A DNA stretch of 64,000 nucleotides from a virus (Duplodnaviria > Heunggongvirae > Uroviricota > Caudoviricetes): the IMG/VR virus record IMGVR_UViG_3300029509_000119, positions 63,909 through 127,908 of that record; one strand, given 5' to 3'. Numbering within the stretch: position 1 is the first letter of the stretch; every line of letters starts with the position of its first letter. The notes beneath the pieces were generated by a model. That model was not told the DNA's origin. It worked only from the letters and a program-made list of their open reading frames with translations, and did no database searches. Both the position numbers and the translations under genes were made by a program. Shown one piece after another: positions 27,144 through 35,612 of the stretch.

Positions 27144-27532
27144 TATTCATCCTTGCGAATCCACCGGTCGGGATGGTCTAGATACGGGTAGAGTTCAGGA
27201 ATTCTCTTTACCGCTTCGCTGACCCAACCGTTGCGGCAGATGCGTTCCAAATAGTCCAACGGCTTGCGTTGGAGGTATTTCGATTTTGCCTCTCGGGTCT
27301 TTCCGATGGCTTCCACGGCTTTCGCGTTGGCCTGTTCGGATGTGATTAGTCCACTGTCTTTGCTGGCGGAAATGGCAGTCAACTGTCTTCTGAGCCGACT
27401 GACTGCCTCCATGTCGTTAGCGTACGGTCGTGCTGGAGTGGAAGTCCTGCCCTTATTCTCTTTGTTGGACTCGTTCTCGCTCAACCCTTTTGCTTCCTTT
27501 TCTTCTTGCGATGTCCTCGATGCTTGTTCCAC
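27143..27532 (-). CDS. hypothetical protein, paralogue A of a tandem pair
   Basis: The C-terminal 'LERICRNGWVSEAVKRIPELYPYLD' matches 'LCKLCRNGWIREAADEMKIVYPDLD' in the upstream gene. Homology extends upstream of the internal ATG, so the GTG at 27532 is the probable start (uncertain). It would overlap the upstream gene's end by 52 nt. Confidence 0.45.
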   Translation of the reverse strand: MEQASRTSQEEKEAKGLSENESNKENKGRTSTPARPYANDMEAVSRLRRQLTAISASKDSGLITSEQANAKAVEAIGKTREAKSKYLQRKPLDYLERICRNGWVSEAVKRIPELYPYLDHPDRWIRKDE

Positions 27533-27819
27533 TGTTCAAGAGAATCCAAGTCGGGGTATACGATTTTCATTTCATCCGCCGCTTCACGAATCCAGCCGTT
27601 GCGGCAGAGTTTGCAGAGACGAACCATTGGGCCGCTTGTCGCTTTCGGCATTCCTCCGTTTGCTGTCACCACGGCTTCGACCGCCAGATTGTTGGCTTCG
27701 TCGTAGGGAATTGACCCTTCGTTTTTCCCGTCCGCTATCTCGCAAAGCCGTTCTCGTAGTTGGAAAAGCTTCCTTGTTTTTTCCAATGTTGGATGGTATG
27801 TCTGTATCGGCTCCGGCAT
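27481..27819 (-). CDS. hypothetical protein, paralogue B of a tandem pair (basic K/R C-terminal tail)
   Basis: ORF 27481..27906 trimmed to 'MPEPIQTYHP...', which has a GGGAGAACA RBS. Paralogous to 27143..27532. Confidence 0.45.
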   Translation of the reverse strand: MPEPIQTYHPTLEKTRKLFQLRERLCEIADGKNEGSIPYDEANNLAVEAVVTANGGMPKATSGPMVRLCKLCRNGWIREAADEMKIVYPDLDSLEQWNKHRGHRKKKRKQKG

Positions 27820-27850
27820 TGTTCTCCCGTGGGTCTCCTCTTGGTTGCGC

Positions 27851-28231
27851 TCACAGTCCGGCTTGCTGAATACGTCCCAGCCAGTACTTGCGGTCGGCGG
27901 ACGCATACGTTTCGTTGATGGTGGAGGCGAGTTCCTGATAGCGGATGGTCAAATCTGGCTGGTATCGTGCCGTCGCCGGTGGAACGACCGTGGTCATCGA
28001 ACCATGGTTGAACAGCAGGACGTCACGGTCTGCGCTTTCGTGTTCGAGCTTGCTGTCGATTCCTTCGAGCCACTGTCGGGTTTCGTCGTCGTTAGGCAGT
28101 CTGCCCTCGCCAATCATTCGGCTTATCGTGTCTTTGAGGTCGAGCAGCGCGTCCTGCATGCGCTCGTTTTTTTCTAGGAGTCGGTCGAGTTCGGTTTTCG
28201 GTTTCTGTTCCGTTTTGGTTTCGGTTTCCAT
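27851..28231 (-). CDS. hypothetical protein (charged, coiled-coil-like)
   Basis: ORF 27851..28261 with the start at 'METETKTEQK...'. E/K/L-rich. Confidence 0.45.
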   Translation of the reverse strand: METETKTEQKPKTELDRLLEKNERMQDALLDLKDTISRMIGEGRLPNDDETRQWLEGIDSKLEHESADRDVLLFNHGSMTTVVPPATARYQPDLTIRYQELASTINETYASADRKYWLGRIQQAGL

Positions 28232-28303
28232 GCGTGTTGCCTTTTTTCTGTGTGATGACATGCCTGTGCCCCAGTCTTTTTCAGGCTGGGGTATTCTGTT
28301 TTG

Positions 28304-28480
28304 TTAGGCGTCCAATCCGTTGAGGAAGTGGGCGAGCAGGGCGGCTGAGCTGAGTAGGAATGTGATGCTGGTGATTGCCATGACCACGTGTCCGTAATCC
28401 TGTCTCCACATGAGGAATGCGCTGACGATTGTGATGAGTGTCAATGTCAGGTTGATGTTGTTTTCCGTCTGCTTGCTCAT
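28304..28480 (-). CDS. small membrane protein (59 aa)
   Basis: 'MSKQTENNINLTLTLITIVSAFLMW...ITSITFLLSSAALLAHFL'. RBS AAGAAGAAACC. First gene after the promoter copy. Confidence 0.4.
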   Translation of the reverse strand: MSKQTENNINLTLTLITIVSAFLMWRQDYGHVVMAITSITFLLSSAALLAHFLNGLDA

Positions 28481-28525
28481 GGTTTCTTCTTTTTTCCCGG
28501 CGTGGCTGGGAGTGTGTGGCTCCCT

Positions 28526-28553
28526 TTTTTTGTGGACGATTCCAGTATAACAA
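28526..28553 (-). promoter_or_regulatory. copy of conserved promoter/leader motif (minus strand)
   Basis: Reverse complement is TTGTTATACTGGAATCGTCCACAAAAAA. Upstream of the 8-gene minus-strand operon 28480..24657. Confidence 0.5.
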
Positions 28554-28680
28554 AGAGTATTGCCATACGCAAGCCCGGAACCTCGCGACCTTCCGCCGTT
28601 TGCATACCCCCACATAATGTGTTAAGCTGGACGCGCCCACATACAAACCAGTCAACAGGACAAGGAAAAAGACGCAGACA

Positions 28681-28905
28681 ATGAGCGTAAGTGAATACTG
28701 CAACGGCAATACAAACACCCTGCAAGCCATCGACAACGAGTCCGACAACAAGCTCACCATCATCCAATCCACCGCCTTCGGCAAGGAACTCATGTTCACT
28801 ACCGTCGGAGACGGAACCGCGTCCAGCGTCATCGTCAACAACGCGGAAGACCTCCGGAAAATCAGAGACTACATGGACGAAAGCCTTCGCTGGATGGAAG
28901 ACTGA
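28681..28905 (+). CDS. hypothetical protein
   Basis: 74-aa ORF with an ATG start. The antisense ORFs in this region are G/V/R-rich. Confidence 0.45.
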   Translation: MSVSEYCNGNTNTLQAIDNESDNKLTIIQSTAFGKELMFTTVGDGTASSVIVNNAEDLRKIRDYMDESLRWMED

Positions 28906-28908
28906 ACA

Positions 28909-29451
28909 TTGGACGAAGACACCTGCACCATCCGCATCTACGACGACGGGCAACCCACGGTATTCGTCAACGGCCACCTCATACACGGGCGGATGCCCGA
29001 CAAAGACGAACGTCCCCTATACGTTCTGACAGTCCCGAAGACAAGACTCGTCACCGGTCTCGCGCCAACGATTCCGGACTTGGATTGCACGACAGTCCTC
29101 CCCTTGGAATCCTTCGCGGAATGGCTCGCCAACGGAGACGTGGGATTCAGCTCCCTCGCCATCGTCCAACGACTTACCGGCATCACCATGACTGCGAACG
29201 GCGTACGGAAAAACGGATGTGAGGATACGCCGAAAGACCCCGGCGACATACGCCGGATACTGAGAATGTTCGACATGGTGCCCGCCGCCCGAGCGTATCT
29301 GAGCCTCATGAGCGACGTGTCAGCCGACTGGGAAACCATCGTCAGACATTGGGGTGAAATCGAAGAACAGTATCGGCAGGAGGAACACAATCCCTCCGGT
29401 TGCGCTCCGAAAACCTACCGGATGCTGAAACACTTGAAAGAAATTGGATGA
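28909..29451 (+). CDS. hypothetical protein
   Basis: 180-aa ORF starting 4 nt after the previous stop. Normal composition. Confidence 0.5.
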   Translation: MDEDTCTIRIYDDGQPTVFVNGHLIHGRMPDKDERPLYVLTVPKTRLVTGLAPTIPDLDCTTVLPLESFAEWLANGDVGFSSLAIVQRLTGITMTANGVRKNGCEDTPKDPGDIRRILRMFDMVPAARAYLSLMSDVSADWETIVRHWGEIEEQYRQEEHNPSGCAPKTYRMLKHLKEIG

Positions 29452-29584
29452 CTGCCGTATTTATATTTCCTTCTACTCATCAAGGCATAGGACAAATGGC
29501 GTGAGGGAACGACGGTGAAACTCCTCAGATTCCCGCCAACCGAACAATTCCCCGACGCAATCTAAAAGAAAGGAACCGTCAGAA

Positions 29585-29953
29585 ATGGCCGAAAAGACCA
29601 AACCAAGCCTATCGAAAAAACTCTCCTCCAAGGAAGCATTGGAGTTGGCGAAACGACCGGAAGTCGAAGAAGTGCTCAACACCCGTCGCGGCTGGTGGAT
29701 TATCTTCACCACCGAATTCCAAGACGAAGTGACCCTCCGATACCTGCGGGGAGAGAAACCTTCCATCATTTTCCGCAGCCACAATCTCGGACCGGAAATC
29801 CTCGGATACAAACGCATCGAACGTTGCATCTACCATTGGGCTAGCCACCCATGCGACAGTCGGGCAAGCCGATTGGAGGAGGAACACCGATGCTACGCGG
29901 AGTTGAGAAAACATCGGAAGCATATCGCGGATAAGGGGAATTCCGACAAGTGA
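29585..29953 (+). CDS. hypothetical protein
   Basis: 122 aa. RBS AAAGAAAGGAAC. Its stop overlaps the dnaB GTG start. Confidence 0.45.
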   Translation: MAEKTKPSLSKKLSSKEALELAKRPEVEEVLNTRRGWWIIFTTEFQDEVTLRYLRGEKPSIIFRSHNLGPEILGYKRIERCIYHWASHPCDSRASRLEEEHRCYAELRKHRKHIADKGNSDK

Positions 29954-31290
29954 GCGACACCACTCCAATCCATAAGGACATGCCCGAACAGGTCGTGCTC
30001 GGAGCCATGCTCCAAGACCCTGAGACCTTGGACAAGGTCATCGGACAGTTGTCCGAACATGATTTCTACCAGCCGAACCATCAGGAAATCTTCTGCAACA
30101 TCAAGGAACTGGCAGCCGAAAACAATCGTGTGGACGCGCAAATGCTGTCCTCGCACATGATGGACAACGGCAAGTTGGAACAGGTCGGCGGCATCGACTA
30201 CATAGCCCAGCTTGTGAGCGCCGCACCATCCACAAGCAACAGCGGCTATTTCGTCAAACAGGTCAGGGACGCGGCAATCCTACGCCGTATCAACATCGTC
30301 GGACAACAATTGCAGCAGATGAGCGGCGTAACCGACGCTTCAGCCGAAGACGTGCTCCGCAAATCCTTGGAGGCCGCGTTCGCCTTGGAGGACGCAAGCC
30401 GGAACGAAGACGACGAACTGAAGACCGCATACCGGTTGTCCGACGAAATGCTCCAACAGTTGGACGACATGCAACGGCATCCGAACGACTTCGGAACACC
30501 CACCGGCTTCCGCAATATCGACGCTTTGACGCATGGGCTGCAAGCCGGACAGATGGTCATTGTCGCCGGACGTCCGGGCATGGGCAAAAGCACGCTCGGC
30601 ATGGACTTCGCCCGCAACGCCGCACTGCACAACAACCTACCCACCGTGATATTCAGTCTGGAAATGGGCGGACACGAACTCATGCAACGCATGTTCGCCG
30701 CAGAAACAGGCATCCGGCTCGCATCCTTCCAACACCCCGAACACTTGAACCGGAACGATTGGGACAAGCTCAACAACCTCTGCCATCACGTCGAACACGC
30801 ACCATTGTGGATTGACGATTCCGCCATCATCAACATGAGCACCATCCGAGCGAAATGCCGCGCCCTGAACCGCAAGGTCAACGGGCTGAAACTCGTCGTC
30901 ATCGACTACCTGCAACTCATGACTTCAGGCAAAAACGTCGAGAACCGCCAGCAGGAAGTGTCGAACTTCTCCCGCCAATGCAAGATGCTCGCCAAGGAAC
31001 TGCAATGCCCCGTGGTCGTGCTCTCCCAGTTGAACCGCAACTCGGAACAACGCGCCGACAAAAGACCGGAACTGTCCGACCTGCGCGAATCCGGCTCCAT
31101 CGAACAGGACGCGGACATGGTGTTCCTCGTGCATCGTCCCGAATACTACGACCGTGAGGAACGTCCGGGCGAGGCCGACGTGATTCTCGCCAAGCATCGC
31201 AACGGTCCGACCGACACGTTCAACCTCGCATTCATGGGCGAATGCTCCAAGTTCGCGGACATGGCCGCAGACTTCGGAGCTGAAATCTGA
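29950..31290 (+). CDS. dnaB: replicative DNA helicase DnaB
   Basis: 446 aa. N-terminal DnaB domain. Walker A 'GRPGMGKSTLGMD', 'LVVIDYLQLM', 'LSQLNR', 'DLRESGSIEQDADMV', all canonical DnaB motifs. Confidence 0.9.
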   Translation: MSDTTPIHKDMPEQVVLGAMLQDPETLDKVIGQLSEHDFYQPNHQEIFCNIKELAAENNRVDAQMLSSHMMDNGKLEQVGGIDYIAQLVSAAPSTSNSGYFVKQVRDAAILRRINIVGQQLQQMSGVTDASAEDVLRKSLEAAFALEDASRNEDDELKTAYRLSDEMLQQLDDMQRHPNDFGTPTGFRNIDALTHGLQAGQMVIVAGRPGMGKSTLGMDFARNAALHNNLPTVIFSLEMGGHELMQRMFAAETGIRLASFQHPEHLNRNDWDKLNNLCHHVEHAPLWIDDSAIINMSTIRAKCRALNRKVNGLKLVVIDYLQLMTSGKNVENRQQEVSNFSRQCKMLAKELQCPVVVLSQLNRNSEQRADKRPELSDLRESGSIEQDADMVFLVHRPEYYDREERPGEADVILAKHRNGPTDTFNLAFMGECSKFADMAADFGAEI

Positions 31291-31340
31291 AAACAAGTTT
31301 TGTTATAGTGGGTTCGCCCACAAAAAGAGAAAGGAAAAAC

Positions 31341-32720
31341 ATGCCGACAGCACTCATCATCGGCGCGGTAGTGGCAGTACTTGTCGTACTTCTCGCAACC
31401 GCAAGCTACAAGGTCTGCCCCGCCAACAAGGTCATGGTCATCACCGGTCCCGGCGGAAGACGCTTCGTCTCAGGCGGAAGCGCGTTCATCATCCCGTTTA
31501 TCATGCGCGTGGACTGGCTGAGCTTGGGCGCGGTGCAATCCCTGCTGTCAACCGATACGGCGATTCCCACCAAGGACGCCATCCTCATCGACGTGAACGC
31601 CGTGGCGAACTTCCAGATAGCGTCGGAAACCACGACCGTGGACGAGAACGGCAAACAAGTCAAAGCATTGGAGAACGCCGCCAAGAACTATCTCAACCAG
31701 TCCAAGGAGCGCATGGAGAAGGACGTCACTCAGGTGCTCCTCGGCAAGCTTCGCGAGGTCATCGGCAAGACCGAGCTGAAGGAACTGATGGAGAACAGGG
31801 ACACATTCGCCGAAACCGTGGCCGAATCCGCGCGTGTGGACATGGAACGGCTCGGACTGCAATTGACCACGTTCAACATTCAGGACTTCACCGACCGGCA
31901 AAGCGTCATCGCCAACATGGGCGCGGAGATGGCGGCGGAAATCAGCCGAAACGCGAAACTCGCGTCCATCAACGCGGAACAGGATGTGGCCGTCCGCCAG
32001 AACCAGCTTGACCTGAAGCGTGCGGAACTCCAGTCCATCGCCGACAAGGCTCAGGCCGAGGCAGACGCGGTGAAGGGCATCACCAGCGCCGAACAGTCCA
32101 AGACCCTCAAGGTCAAGGAGCAGGAGGCTGAAATCGCCGCCGCCGAGAAGAGGGCCGTGCTCGAACAGAAGAACGCTGAAATCGAAGAGCAAAAACTGAA
32201 CGCGACCATCCGCAAGAAGGCCGACGCCGACCGTTACGCCGCCGAACAGCAGGCCGACGCGCAAATGTATACAACCCAAAAACACGCCGACGCGGAACTG
32301 TACCTACGCCAGCAGGAGGCTCAGGCCATCCAATCCACAGCCGACGCGGACGCGCACGCGACCGAGGTCAAAGGCAAGGCCGAGGGTTCCGCCGCACAGG
32401 CGAAGGGTGTTGGCGAAGCCGAGGCAATCCGCGCTCAAGGACAAGCCTACAATGCGATGAACAACACGTACATCCTCGCCCAACAGTACATTCAGGTTCT
32501 CCCCGACATGGTTCGAGCCGCTGCCGAACCGCTCACCAAGGTTGACCACATCACCATGTACGGCGACGGAAACAGCACGAAGCTTGTGGGCGACACGGTG
32601 AACAGTGTGAGCCAGTTGAGCGAAGGCTTGTCGCAATCCTTGGGCATTGACCTGAAAGCGTTGCTGAACGGCGTCGTCGCCGGACATGCCGCCGGAAAGT
32701 CCATGCGGGACGCCGAGTAG
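31341..32720 (+). CDS. flotillin-like SPFH/band-7 protein (YqiK/FloA-like)
   Basis: ATG at 31341 with an AAAGGAAAAAC RBS. N-terminal TM 'ALIIGAVVAVLVVLLATAS', SPFH domain, long A/E/Q-rich coiled-coil (EAEIAAAEKRAVLEQKNAEIEEQKL). Confidence 0.8.
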   Translation: MPTALIIGAVVAVLVVLLATASYKVCPANKVMVITGPGGRRFVSGGSAFIIPFIMRVDWLSLGAVQSLLSTDTAIPTKDAILIDVNAVANFQIASETTTVDENGKQVKALENAAKNYLNQSKERMEKDVTQVLLGKLREVIGKTELKELMENRDTFAETVAESARVDMERLGLQLTTFNIQDFTDRQSVIANMGAEMAAEISRNAKLASINAEQDVAVRQNQLDLKRAELQSIADKAQAEADAVKGITSAEQSKTLKVKEQEAEIAAAEKRAVLEQKNAEIEEQKLNATIRKKADADRYAAEQQADAQMYTTQKHADAELYLRQQEAQAIQSTADADAHATEVKGKAEGSAAQAKGVGEAEAIRAQGQAYNAMNNTYILAQQYIQVLPDMVRAAAEPLTKVDHITMYGDGNSTKLVGDTVNSVSQLSEGLSQSLGIDLKALLNGVVAGHAAGKSMRDAE

Positions 32721-33055
32721 CCCGTTCGTCTGTTTTCGTATCGGAAGAAGTGAACCATGGGCTTGGGTTTTCTGTCGGGTCGCCGTCTGGTCAGGGCTTA
32801 TGACGGTAGGCTCACGTTCAGACAGGCCGCCGACCAAACCTTGAGGCGCGTCGAGGAACACTCGAAGGCATTGAGCAAAGGCTTCAGCGCGTTCCGCGAC
32901 GTATGACAGGCGGATGTGAGCGGACCGAACCTTGAATCCATACGCGCCGCCCGTCTGAACGCGGGTCTGAGTCAACGCGCCGCCGCGTGCGCGTCAAACG
33001 TGTCCGCCTGTACGGGGAGGCTGTGGAACATGCGATTCCACGGCCTCCCCTCTTG

Positions 33056-34222
33056 TCAATTCTTGGCAGTATTCCAATCTTCGACTATGTTGTCCCGCAT
33101 CTGCAAGTATGCACCATGCTCCCGCAGATAGTCGCGCAAGTATGGCATCTTGAACGCGACCTCGCCATAGCCGACCGGTTCAATCAAATCGTTCTCAATC
33201 AGCTTCGTCCGATACACGTTGGCGAACTGCGGGGAACGGTTCAACCGTCTGGCAATCTCACCCGTGTTGGACACCGTATCGTCAACCGACATGGCGAGCA
33301 GATAGTTGACCGCATGCGAAGGCAGACCATGCAACGCCGGAGCGTGCACCATGTCACCCAGTTTCGCTTGGGCTTTTTCGATTCCCTGAACCGCATCCTC
33401 CTCCGTCACTCGGCTTTCATGACCGTTGATGTCGGAGACGCGCCAAACCCAATAACCGACCAGTTGAATCATGAACGGATATCCGTGGGTGGCGTTCGTC
33501 AACCGTATCAGGGTTTCCATTCCCGTTTTCTTCTCGCCGCCGAAGGATTCCTCGAACGCCTGCAACACCTTTTCCTTGGGGACGGAACCCAAATGGTATC
33601 GTTCCGCCCGTTGGAGGAACGTGATGGCGTTGTCCGACAGTACGTCGTTCACGGCGGACGGCAGTCCGGCGAATACGAAGGCGATGTTCCGTCCTTCGCG
33701 GATGAGGTGTTGCACGGCGGTAGACAATGCCCTGATTTCGTCTATGGAACCGGACTGCACTTCGTCTAATGTGATGAGGATTCCCTGCTTGGATTCGTTC
33801 ATCTTGTCGAGACGATTACCGACCGCTTGGCGTAGTGTCAAGGAACGTTCCTCGTTGCGTTCGAGTTCGATTCTCCCCAAGCTCAGTTCGAGGTTTCCGA
33901 CGCTTCCCGTTAATCCGACTTTGGGCATGTCGTAGGCGGATATGCGGGTGGTGTCCTTGCCGGTGAGCGCGTCCACGAGTCTTCGGGTGAAGCCTTTGTC
34001 GGCGCTTTCGTTGTAGACCAGCCAACCATGTTCACGGGCGTGTGCTCCCAACGTGTCCAGCATGACGGTTTTCCCGACCCCTCTTGCTCCGGTGAGGAAT
34101 GTCAGCCGTCCGGGGCTTCCCACGCCGTCCTTCAGTGCGTAGTCGAAGTCCTCGATGATTTCCTCCCGTCCGACGAGGACAGGTGGGATGCGTCCTGCCG
34201 TGGGTTTGAATGGGTTGGTCAT
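33056..34222 (-). CDS. ATP-binding protein, Arch_ATPase/AAA+ (ORC/Cdc6-like P-loop with C-terminal winged-helix-like domain)
   Basis: 'LVGREEIIEDFDYAL...LTFLTGARGVGKTVMLDTL' P-loop and 'ILITLDEVQ' Walker B. 388 aa. Divergent from the + strand array. Confidence 0.65.
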   Translation of the reverse strand: MTNPFKPTAGRIPPVLVGREEIIEDFDYALKDGVGSPGRLTFLTGARGVGKTVMLDTLGAHAREHGWLVYNESADKGFTRRLVDALTGKDTTRISAYDMPKVGLTGSVGNLELSLGRIELERNEERSLTLRQAVGNRLDKMNESKQGILITLDEVQSGSIDEIRALSTAVQHLIREGRNIAFVFAGLPSAVNDVLSDNAITFLQRAERYHLGSVPKEKVLQAFEESFGGEKKTGMETLIRLTNATHGYPFMIQLVGYWVWRVSDINGHESRVTEEDAVQGIEKAQAKLGDMVHAPALHGLPSHAVNYLLAMSVDDTVSNTGEIARRLNRSPQFANVYRTKLIENDLIEPVGYGEVAFKMPYLRDYLREHGAYLQMRDNIVEDWNTAKN

Positions 34223-34299
34223 GCCGGTCGGCTCCTTCTCGTTTTACAATAATTAAAATAATTATAATGCTTTAAAATCTCGCTTGGTGGGAAGCTGAT

Positions 34300-34345
34300 T
34301 TGATGTTCTCCTACATTCTAGTTATACTGGAATCGTTCACACAAA
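34300..34345 (+). promoter_or_regulatory. conserved promoter/leader motif copy with recognisable -35 (TTGATG-17nt-TATACT)
   Basis: TTGATG at 34300..34305, TATACT at 34323..34328, then GGAATCGTTCACACAAAA. First promoter of the + strand gene array. Confidence 0.55.
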
Positions 34346-34373
34346 ACATGCTTGGAAAACAAAGGGAACAAAA

Positions 34374-34862
34374 ATGATTAAGACCATCACCAACCTCAAA
34401 ATCACCACATCCCACAACCTCTTCGACCAAAACGACACAATCGAATACCTCACCATCGACTACTTGGACGAAGACGGCAACCAGAAACAAATCAAAAACC
34501 TCCCCCATGAAGAGGATGCCGGAATCTACGACGTCAAAACCGACTCTTGGGAAGACATACTCGAAGACTGGCGTCTCACAAAACCCGCCTACATATCATC
34601 CTCAGACAAAGGCTGGGAACTGCTCGAAAGCTATCTCCAACACCTCACCAACACCCAATCTCAAGAATTGGAGGACCGCCAGAACAAACTGTACGAAGCG
34701 GACAAGGTGGCGGATATTCTGCGCAACATCAGCCGTCTCAGCGACGTCGGCAAAGCCGCTTTCGAGGAAATGCTGAACGTTGATTCCGAAAACGTGCGGG
34801 ACGTGTACGCAAAACAGTGGAACCGCATTACGTCGCATCGTTCAGGCAACGGGGAAGACTGA
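34374..34862 (+). CDS. acidic hypothetical protein (162 aa, about 22% D+E)
   Basis: ATG at 34374 with an AAAGGGAACAAAA RBS. First gene downstream of the strongest promoter copy. Confidence 0.55.
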   Translation: MIKTITNLKITTSHNLFDQNDTIEYLTIDYLDEDGNQKQIKNLPHEEDAGIYDVKTDSWEDILEDWRLTKPAYISSSDKGWELLESYLQHLTNTQSQELEDRQNKLYEADKVADILRNISRLSDVGKAAFEEMLNVDSENVRDVYAKQWNRITSHRSGNGED

Positions 34863-34877
34863 GAAAAAGGAGGAAGC

Positions 34878-35093
34878 ATGAGCGTCAAGTTCAACGGATT
34901 CGACTACATCAGCGACAACGACGGCATGGGCATTCATGTCGTCGCGGGAGCCGACGACATCTGGTTGCCGGTCGATGACCGTGAGCGCGTGAGGTTCGCA
35001 CTCGCCGTGCTGGACGGGTTGGAACCCAAGGAGCTGGACGAGGTCGCCTGTCAGTTCGCCTTGGAGAGGAGACGCGGACATGGTTCGCTGTGA
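34878..35093 (+). CDS. hypothetical protein
   Basis: 71 aa. RBS AAGGAGGAAGC 5 nt upstream. Confidence 0.4.
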   Translation: MSVKFNGFDYISDNDGMGIHVVAGADDIWLPVDDRERVRFALAVLDGLEPKELDEVACQFALERRRGHGSL

Positions 35094-35183
35094 CGCCAAA
35101 GGGGCCGTGCTGCGAAGCGACGGCGAACACGAGTTTGTGGATTCCGGTTGCGAATACCGGTATTAACGAAAGAAAGCACGACG

Positions 35184-35363
35184 ATGAGAACCAAAGCCAA
35201 GGAACTGCCAGCCATCCTCACCATCGCAGACACGATGGCCTACCTCTCCTGCTCACGACAGCACATATACGACCTGCTGAAGGCCGGTCGCATCCGCACC
35301 TACAAAATCGGACGACGCCGGTACATCGACGCCGATTCGCTCGCCCACCTGTTCTGGAGTTGA
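35184..35363 (+). CDS. excisionase/AlpA-like HTH_17 DNA-binding protein
   Basis: 'LTIADTMAYLSCSRQHIYDLLKAGRIRTYKIGRRRYIDADSL' matches the MerR-type HTH_17/Xis family. ATG at 35184. Confidence 0.6.
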   Translation: MRTKAKELPAILTIADTMAYLSCSRQHIYDLLKAGRIRTYKIGRRRYIDADSLAHLFWS

Positions 35364-35367
35364 CGCG

Positions 35368-35517
35368 ATGCCGAACGTGAACCGTGTGGTCATGTTGCCC
35401 GCCGAACTGTACCGGCAGACCATGCAGTATGCCGAGCGACATGAAGTCTCGTGGAACGATGCAGTCCGATTGTTGGTCGAACAGGCGCTCGGAGAAGATG
35501 GGGGTGAAGACTTGTAG
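35368..35517 (+). CDS. possible ribbon-helix-helix (CopG/antitoxin-like) protein, 49 aa
   Basis: Not in the ORF track (shorter than 60 aa). MPNVNRVVMLPAELYRQTMQYAERHEVSWNDAVRLLVEQALGEDGGEDL has an RHH-like beta-strand plus two helices. Starts 5 nt after the HTH gene stop. Confidence 0.4.
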   Translation: MPNVNRVVMLPAELYRQTMQYAERHEVSWNDAVRLLVEQALGEDGGEDL

Positions 35518-35558
35518 CCAGTATGTTCCGTGCTTGTTGTGGAGTTGGAACTTTATGT

Positions 35559-35585
35559 ATGCTATACTGGAAATGTCCACATAAA
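35559..35585 (+). promoter_or_regulatory. copy of conserved promoter/leader motif
   Basis: aTGCTATACTGGAAATGTCCACATAAAA. Confidence 0.5.
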
Positions 35586-35612
35586 ACAGGCGGAGCCAAC
35601 CAAGGAGAACGA

